From assembly GCA_041663185.1 (NCBI GenBank), contig JBAZQY010000003.1, positions 1-60,740 on the forward strand: a DNA stretch of 60,740 bases. Reading direction: 5' to 3'. This DNA is from Minisyncoccota bacterium. Its GTDB lineage: Bacteria; Patescibacteriota; Minisyncoccia; Phycocordibacterales; UBA9973. Within the stretch, counting starts at the first letter, position 1. Each line of letters opens with the position of its first letter. The position numbers were made by a program, and so were the translations under genes. The notes beneath the pieces are model-generated. The model had not been told where the DNA came from. It worked only from the letters and a program-made list of their open reading frames with translations, and ran no database searches. Below, one piece after another: positions 55,204 through 60,740 of the stretch.

Positions 55204-55218
55204 ACAACCTTAAGTATA

Positions 55219-56724
55219 TCATTTCAAAATTATAATTCCAATTATTCCTACAATAAAAAGACACGTTAGGCAAGGAATTATTACTCCTTTCAATATTTTT
55301 CTCTCAGCATTTTTTTCACCAATCACCGCCTCGGCTGTTAAAATGTCAGCCAAGGCAATCATATTTCCAATTCCTGCTCCAACAACCAAAAGAGCTAAAA
55401 TAATACTTTGATTAAATCCAACACTCAACGCCGTTGTGTTAAACAAAGTTCCAAACATTACATTCGAAGCGGTAACACTACCAGTGAGTAATGCCCCAAA
55501 GGCTCCAGCAAAAGGAGCAAAAAATGGTAGGAAAGTCGACTCAATAGCCTTAGCAATAATATTAATAGCTGATGGTAATCCTGATAAATTATTTCCTGAA
55601 TTTTTCATAATTTCAACCATCGCCAACATAGAAGCAATAACAAAAAATGGGATAATAGCGCCTCGAAAAGCTGATTTGATTGACCGAAAAACAATTTCTT
55701 TTTTACTTTGCCAAAAACCAACTACAACCAGTGTTACAAATATAAAAATAATTCCTGGATTAAATAAATTAAATGTATGTTTAAATCCAATCCCGATAGG
55801 AAAACCAATTTTCCCAATAAGAATTTTCCCAAAAATCAAACAGGCGACTAATATAATATAAGGGAGAAAAGATTTAAACGCTGACATCGTTTTAACATCT
55901 TCTTGATTTTCAGTAATCATCAATTTATTTTTGGGAACAAAAATACCAAGTTTTATAGACAATATAATAACAATCATTCCCGCGAGAGATCCCAAAATAG
56001 AAGGAAATTCTTGACCAAATAACTTTAAAAATAGTAAGGAAAAACCAACAAAAAGGACTCCCGACCAAATGGCAAATGGCAAAGCTTCAATAAATTCTTT
56101 CTTTCTATTCGGCCTACCAGCAGTTATAATCCAAAGCATAAATACTGGGACAATCATTCCAACAATATTAAATAGTGCTGCGTATTGTGGGACAGAAGAA
56201 ACATTCAAGGTTGAAAAACCAACCTTAATTGGTGTTCCAGCCGCACCAAAAATTCCAGGGATACTATTCCCGAGTAATCCGACAACCAAAGCTCGGATAG
56301 GTGGCAAACCAAGACCAATCAAAAGTGGAACTGCGATAGCGGCTGGTGTTCCAAAACCAGCTGTTCCCTCTAAAAAACATTCAAAAAACCAGGCAATTAG
56401 AATAACTTGAATTCTGTAATCTTTAGAAATTCCGGATAAATAATGAGAAATATTTTTTATTATTTTTAAATCTTTTAATATTTCAAGAAAAAATATCGCT
56501 CCAAAAATAATAAGCAAAATATCGACAGCCACAAAAACACCTTTGCCAAAAGATGCATACAAAAAAGTCCCTATGATTTGCCAATAAAAAATCGCCAGGA
56601 GAGTGTAAAGAAAAAGTGTTAAAAGTGAAGCTTTTAGTAAGGTAGTTTTCCTAACAAATAGCAAAAAAAGAAAAACCAGAAATGGTAAGATCGACAACAA
56701 AATTGGCAGATTCTCAATATTCAT
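55219..56724 (-). CDS. lctP: L-lactate permease
   Basis: FLEGTAGFGTP, FGAAGTPI, LTGSVTASNVMF, GAGIGNMI. Confidence 0.88.
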   Translation of the reverse strand: MNIENLPILLSILPFLVFLFLLFVRKTTLLKASLLTLFLYTLLAIFYWQIIGTFLYASFGKGVFVAVDILLIIFGAIFFLEILKDLKIIKNISHYLSGISKDYRIQVILIAWFFECFLEGTAGFGTPAAIAVPLLIGLGLPPIRALVVGLLGNSIPGIFGAAGTPIKVGFSTLNVSSVPQYAALFNIVGMIVPVFMLWIITAGRPNRKKEFIEALPFAIWSGVLFVGFSLLFLKLFGQEFPSILGSLAGMIVIILSIKLGIFVPKNKLMITENQEDVKTMSAFKSFLPYIILVACLIFGKILIGKIGFPIGIGFKHTFNLFNPGIIFIFVTLVVVGFWQSKKEIVFRSIKSAFRGAIIPFFVIASMLAMVEIMKNSGNNLSGLPSAINIIAKAIESTFLPFFAPFAGAFGALLTGSVTASNVMFGTLFNTTALSVGFNQSIILALLVVGAGIGNMIALADILTAEAVIGEKNAERKILKGVIIPCLTCLFIVGIIGIIILK

Positions 56725-56728
56725 TATT

Positions 56729-57271
56729 TTAATGATTTTTCAGCCAGGTAATCATCTTTTTAAATGTCCCGGGCCCAGCTTCCCCATCGACAGTTAAACC
56801 TTCTGCTTTTTGGAAATTTTTGACTGCCGTCGCAGTACTTACTCCATAATCGTTATCTATTTTATTTGAAGTATTATTATAAATATTTAAAAACTTCTGA
56901 ACCGTTCCCACATTTGGACCCTGTGATTTATTCTTCAAATACACATTGGCACTTACCATTTTCTCGAGAGCGCTGATCAGATCTTGATTTTTGGAAACTG
57001 TTGTATTTGTCGAAGTCGGAACCAGAGGAGTATTTGTTTTAGTTTCGGTAACTGTTTCTTCTGGCTGCGTTTCAGTTTCAAGAAGAGCTACTTGCCTTTT
57101 TAGAGAGGCTAACTCTTTTTCAAGATCTTTGTTCTTTTCAACTAATTCTTTTTGTTTCTGATTATCGACATGAGAACTTCCTGATTCTATAGTTGAAAAA
57201 GCCCAGTATCCAGCTAAAGCAAACAATACAATAACAATAATTAAAGATAAAATATATTTAAAATTTTCCAT
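56729..57271 (-). CDS. Membrane-anchored peptidoglycan-binding domain protein
   Basis: N-terminal TM, coiled coil, PGBD (VGTVQKFL...DNDYG..TATAVKNFQ...VDGEAGPGT). Confidence 0.85.
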   Translation of the reverse strand: MENFKYILSLIIVIVLFALAGYWAFSTIESGSSHVDNQKQKELVEKNKDLEKELASLKRQVALLETETQPEETVTETKTNTPLVPTSTNTTVSKNQDLISALEKMVSANVYLKNKSQGPNVGTVQKFLNIYNNTSNKIDNDYGVSTATAVKNFQKAEGLTVDGEAGPGTFKKMITWLKNH

Positions 57272-57291
57272 ATTGTAATTATATCACAAGA

Positions 57292-57415
57292 AAATAAAAA
57301 ATTCTAAATAGCTCTTCACGTAAGGTACAGTAAATTTCTTGGTAGAAATTTACTCAGTTTTCCCGCCGTCGCGGTCAAAAGCCCCTCTGATAAGACTATT
57401 TAGAATTTTTTATTT
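57292..57415 (+). repeat. Hairpin element, family B (copy 2)
   Basis: Perfect 20-bp arms aaataaaaaattctaaatag; core shared with 49688-49806. Confidence 0.9.
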
Positions 57416-57423
57416 AATAAAAT

Positions 57424-58683
57424 TTAATTTACAAATGTCAAAGCTACACCCACTTGGTTAGCTCGACCAGTTCGGCCGATACGGTGGACATAGTCCTCGT
57501 ATGTCGCAGGTACATCAAAATTAATAACATGCGAAACGTTTGGTATATCAAGACCACGAGCTGCGACGTCTGTCGCGACAAGAATTTGACTGTGGTTTTC
57601 TTTAAAGGCCTTAAGAGCATTTTGTCTTTTTGATTGATTTTTATCGCCATGAATTGACTCAGCCTTGAAGCCCTTTTGAATTAAAGTCTGACAAAGTTTC
57701 TCAACTCCATGTTTGGTGCGACCAAAAATAAGAACCTTGGAAAATTCTTTTTTTATTAGTAAACATTCTAGTGATTCGATTTTATCTTCTCCGGGGCGCA
57801 CTCGAATAATGTCTTGCTCAACATTACGAGCTGTCTCCCCTGTTTTGACTGAAATTTTTTCCGGATTGTTTAAAAATTCTTTTATTAATTTATCGATTTC
57901 AGTCGTAATAGTCGCTGAAAATAATAGTGTCTGACGATTTGGAGCCATTCCCGACATAATAAATCTCATATCATTTACAAAACCCATATCGAGCATTCGA
58001 TCAGCCTCATCAAGAACGATGGTTTTAAACTCATTCAAGCGTATAACCTTACGATCAACTAAGTCGCGAAGGCGTCCTGGTGTCCCAATCACAAAATTAT
58101 GATTGCGTCGTAAACTAGAAATTTGATTTGAGATACCCATACCGCCAACGCAACAAACAGAAAAAATTCTAAGTGCCCCCCTGAAGTCTTGCAACTCTTG
58201 ATTGATCTGCATTGCTAACTCTCTAGTTGGAACAATGACTAAAACTTTTTCATTTAGATTATTCAAAATTTTATCAAGAAGTGGAAGCAAGAAGGCCGCG
58301 GTTTTCCCGGTACCAGTGTTGGCAATACCAACAACATCACGCCCTAGAAGTATATGAGGAATTACAATATCTTGAATAGGTGTCGGATTAACATAACCCT
58401 TTTTTGAAATATTTTCTTTAATGACATTATTAATTTTAAATTCACTAAACTGATGTATCGGAATATATGGAGCTGATTCAATAATCGGATCAGCCTTACA
58501 AATAAAACGAGAATGGTGAATGGATTGACCTCCACCATAACGAGACGCACTAGCAAATCGCCCTCGAGAATTTCCTCTACGAGAATTATTTTTTTGACCA
58601 CTAAAACGAGATCCGCCTAGACTCTTGTGTGTTGAGACTGATCGACCAAAGCTAGAGCTTCGGTTATTATTTTTTTTATACAT
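57424..58683 (-). CDS. DEAD-box RNA helicase
   Basis: Q motif PTPIQ, ANTGTGKT, PTRELA, LDEAD, SAT, HRIGRTGR; RS/G-rich N-terminus. Confidence 0.97.
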   Translation of the reverse strand: MYKKNNNRSSSFGRSVSTHKSLGGSRFSGQKNNSRRGNSRGRFASASRYGGGQSIHHSRFICKADPIIESAPYIPIHQFSEFKINNVIKENISKKGYVNPTPIQDIVIPHILLGRDVVGIANTGTGKTAAFLLPLLDKILNNLNEKVLVIVPTRELAMQINQELQDFRGALRIFSVCCVGGMGISNQISSLRRNHNFVIGTPGRLRDLVDRKVIRLNEFKTIVLDEADRMLDMGFVNDMRFIMSGMAPNRQTLLFSATITTEIDKLIKEFLNNPEKISVKTGETARNVEQDIIRVRPGEDKIESLECLLIKKEFSKVLIFGRTKHGVEKLCQTLIQKGFKAESIHGDKNQSKRQNALKAFKENHSQILVATDVAARGLDIPNVSHVINFDVPATYEDYVHRIGRTGRANQVGVALTFVN

Positions 58684-58836
58684 AAAAATTTCTAGTCTAT
58701 ATATTAAAGTAAGACGGACTAGACACCTCTCCTAGTTTCCGAATAATGCTATCACTTAGGATAAGGCGTTATATATAAGCGCTAAAAGCGCGAGAAAACC
58801 AATGAGAATACAACTTACAATTTGATTATATAATTA

Positions 58837-59406
58837 TTAAGTATGTTTGTCAATGATTTGGGCAGTTTTTGTCGATTTATGATATTTTTTAAATAGAATA
58901 CTCCCCCAGACAATAAGTAGTGTTGAATAATTTATAATCATAAACCAAGTATTACTCCAAGCCACTCCAAAAGGAAAACGATATTCAGAAATTGGGAAAA
59001 GAAATGGTGTTGGGAAAAATGCTAAGGCATGAGATGGAATATCAATTAGAATATGAAGTGCCCAACCCAAAAGGACCCAAGGGGGCTTTTTGATTAAAAA
59101 CCATATAACAAGAAAGACAATAATAAAAACTATTAATGAGTGACTATATTGATAAAGGGTATGGGATAGAGTAAAACCATCAGCAATCTGATGACGAGTA
59201 GAAAAAGAACCGAATTGCTGTTGTCCTGATATAACTTTATAAAATGAAAATACAAATGGAAGAGTGAAAGCAAATAAATCAGGAAAAATCCCCCAAAAAG
59301 CCGTCCAGAGAGTACTCATTTGGAATGGTTGACCTTTCTTTTTGGCGATAGCATTCACCTTTATAACACCTGCGGTTGTCCACAGAGTATGAGCTAAAAT
59401 TTCCAT
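58837..59406 (-). CDS. Membrane-bound metal-dependent hydrolase-like protein (YdjM-like)
   Basis: HTLW, GIFPDL, SHSL, LHILIDIPSH. Confidence 0.75.
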   Translation of the reverse strand: MEILAHTLWTTAGVIKVNAIAKKKGQPFQMSTLWTAFWGIFPDLFAFTLPFVFSFYKVISGQQQFGSFSTRHQIADGFTLSHTLYQYSHSLIVFIIVFLVIWFLIKKPPWVLLGWALHILIDIPSHALAFFPTPFLFPISEYRFPFGVAWSNTWFMIINYSTLLIVWGSILFKKYHKSTKTAQIIDKHT

Positions 59407-59427
59407 AAAAATGAATTCTTAAAATAA

Positions 59428-59553
59428 TTATTTAGATTTTTTCTTACTTGCTTTTTTCTCAAGCATAACTTTTTTGATTGCAAGTCTTTTCTTTGTTTTC
59501 TTGGAATGCTTTGACTTTAAATGCGGATGAAGTGATGTTGCTCTTTTGGCCAT
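59428..59553 (-). CDS. 41-aa highly basic small protein
   Basis: Hand-translated MAKRATSLHPHLKSKHSKKTKKRLAIKKVMLEKKASKKKSK; TATAAT upstream; fills the intergenic gap. Confidence 0.6.
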   Translation of the reverse strand: MAKRATSLHPHLKSKHSKKTKKRLAIKKVMLEKKASKKKSK

Positions 59554-59616
59554 ATAAATATTTCTATTAACTAATAATATGATTGCATTATACGCGAAAT
59601 TACAAAATAAACCAAC

Positions 59617-59651
59617 AAAAAAGGTTCTCGGAGCAATTGCCTGAGAACCTT
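59617..59651 (-). terminator. Intrinsic terminator
   Basis: aaggttctc...gagaacctt arms with a U-tract on the minus strand. Confidence 0.7.
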
Positions 59652-59673
59652 GTAATATCGTACACCTGAAATA

Positions 59674-60015
59674 TTATGTGTTTATTTCGGTGAAATTAAA
59701 TACCCTAACCGTATATTTTCGGCTAAGGGTATCAAAAAGAATTTCTTTATTAATATTAAAATGGAAAAAAAGTTCATCTTTATCCATTTCAATATTAACA
59801 TTGAAAAGATTAATCAAATACCTTTTTAAAAAAATAAAAAAGAAAAACACTTCCACTTCTACCTCCCCTGCGGAAAATACGATTATATCGTATGTTTTGT
59901 TGTGCTGGTTGAATATTTCCAGTTTTTTCTTTTGATTCTCCCTTCTATCAATTAGAAGGATGCTGAAATCTTTCTTGACTTCATTTTGCTGTACCATATT
60001 TGTCTTATTTTTCAT
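59674..60015 (-). CDS. Hypothetical protein
   Basis: Start moved to MKNKTN (60015) to limit overlap with the upstream lipoprotein; followed by a terminator. Confidence 0.55.
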   Translation of the reverse strand: MKNKTNMVQQNEVKKDFSILLIDRRENQKKKLEIFNQHNKTYDIIVFSAGEVEVEVFFFFIFLKRYLINLFNVNIEMDKDELFFHFNINKEILFDTLSRKYTVRVFNFTEINT

Positions 60016-60508
60016 AAGCAAAAAAGATGTCATCGCCCCATTTTCCTGGATATTCAAACTTTTCGTATAAACGTATGATTGTGCCATGGTTTAGTTCTAC
60101 TACCGGAAGTTGATGGTATATCTGCTGGTTTGAATCAGTAACTGTAACCAAACGGTCTAGTTTGTTTGGACCCAACACATAGCATTCATCTGGCAGATAT
60201 TTCTGCACAGAGTCTTGTTCCACAATTGTCTGGAGTGAAGATTCGGTAACAAAGTAGCCATTGTTATTAGATACATGCGCATTGATTCCTTCATTAGTCA
60301 TCCCCTTGGCTTTTACAACAATCACACTCACCTTTTCTCCATCAAGAATAACCTCAAACTCTTGGCTAGTTGGCTCTACCGAAATCTCCATAACCGGAGG
60401 AGTGGAAGTGGAAGCAGGGTTTTTATCACCCTGGTTTGCATTGCTATCACAACCAGCAACACAAAACACTAGTGCTATTACAAGCACCAAAAAACTAAAT
60501 TTTTTCAT
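60005..60508 (-). CDS. Putative lipoprotein
   Basis: MKKFSFLVLVIALVFCVAG-C lipobox, followed by a Ser/Thr/Pro linker. Confidence 0.7.
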   Translation of the reverse strand: MKKFSFLVLVIALVFCVAGCDSNANQGDKNPASTSTPPVMEISVEPTSQEFEVILDGEKVSVIVVKAKGMTNEGINAHVSNNNGYFVTESSLQTIVEQDSVQKYLPDECYVLGPNKLDRLVTVTDSNQQIYHQLPVVELNHGTIIRLYEKFEYPGKWGDDIFFAYEK

Positions 60509-60593
60509 CTTTTTTTATTTATTTAGGTTAGACAATATATTTCAAAGAATAATATTTTATTGTCTAGATAATACCATAGCTATATTATTATGT

Positions 60594-60740
60594 CTAGATG
60601 TCAATTTCTTCCCCCATCTCCCCTCGAGTTAAAGGCCCCACAACCCCATCAGGAACTAAATTATTAGCCAATTGAAATCTAATCACAGCTTGTTTAGTTT
60701 TCGGACCAAAGATACCATCAGGATTGCCTGAATTGTAACC
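60594..60740 (-). CDS. C-terminal fragment of a peptidoglycan-binding domain protein (5'-partial)
   Basis: GYNSGNPDGIFGPKTKQAVIRFQLANNLVPDGVVGPLTR. Confidence 0.8.
   Translation of the reverse strand, partial: GYNSGNPDGIFGPKTKQAVIRFQLANNLVPDGVVGPLTRGEMGEEIDI

Noticed and set aside
58690-58830. Riboswitch/thermometer in the DEAD-box helicase leader
   Set aside because: Only short hairpins (tctagtc/gactaga, gcgc/gcgc); nothing matching a motif I can name.
1432-60632. Numerous 60-163 aa ORFs antisense to or nested in identified genes (e.g. 14057, 16548, 28889, 48385, 55436, 60261)
   Set aside because: Fully overlapped by well-supported genes on the opposite strand or frame; no motifs.

Overview
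Low-GC (about one-third GC by eye) bacterial chromosome segment. Its gene content and style point to Patescibacteria (CPR, Parcubacteria-like); this is an inference from an array of TrbC/VirB2-like pilins, a helicase-motif-less PriA, a short AlaRS, a uridyltransferase-only GlmU-like gene and many near-leaderless genes. Most of the window is housekeeping: alaS, mnmA, mltG, typA, rseP, frr, holB-like, mreB, priA, rpsU, ybeY, ftsA-ftsZ, trxB, gpmI, gyrA, S1, pth, lepB, hisS, def-fmt, hpf, lctP and a DEAD-box helicase. It also has four tRNAs (Cys, Val, Ser, Glu), several surface proteins, and a class F sortase next to an LPxTG substrate. The most striking unexplained layer is a dense set of small palindromic insertion elements. 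(1) A REP-associated tyrosine transposase (RAYT) is bracketed by three identical 27-bp palindromes. (2) Long hairpin elements recur in which the asymmetric loop or core is conserved between copies while the inverted-repeat arms differ at each locus (8569, 9604, 29288 and 28188; a second family at 49688 and 57292). (3) Palindromes sit in frame inside a methyltransferase, mnmA and fmt. (4) A covarying structured module lies downstream of two tRNA genes. Together these suggest an uncharacterised REP/RPE-like short mobile DNA system. No CRISPR array, rRNA or prophage structural module is supported.
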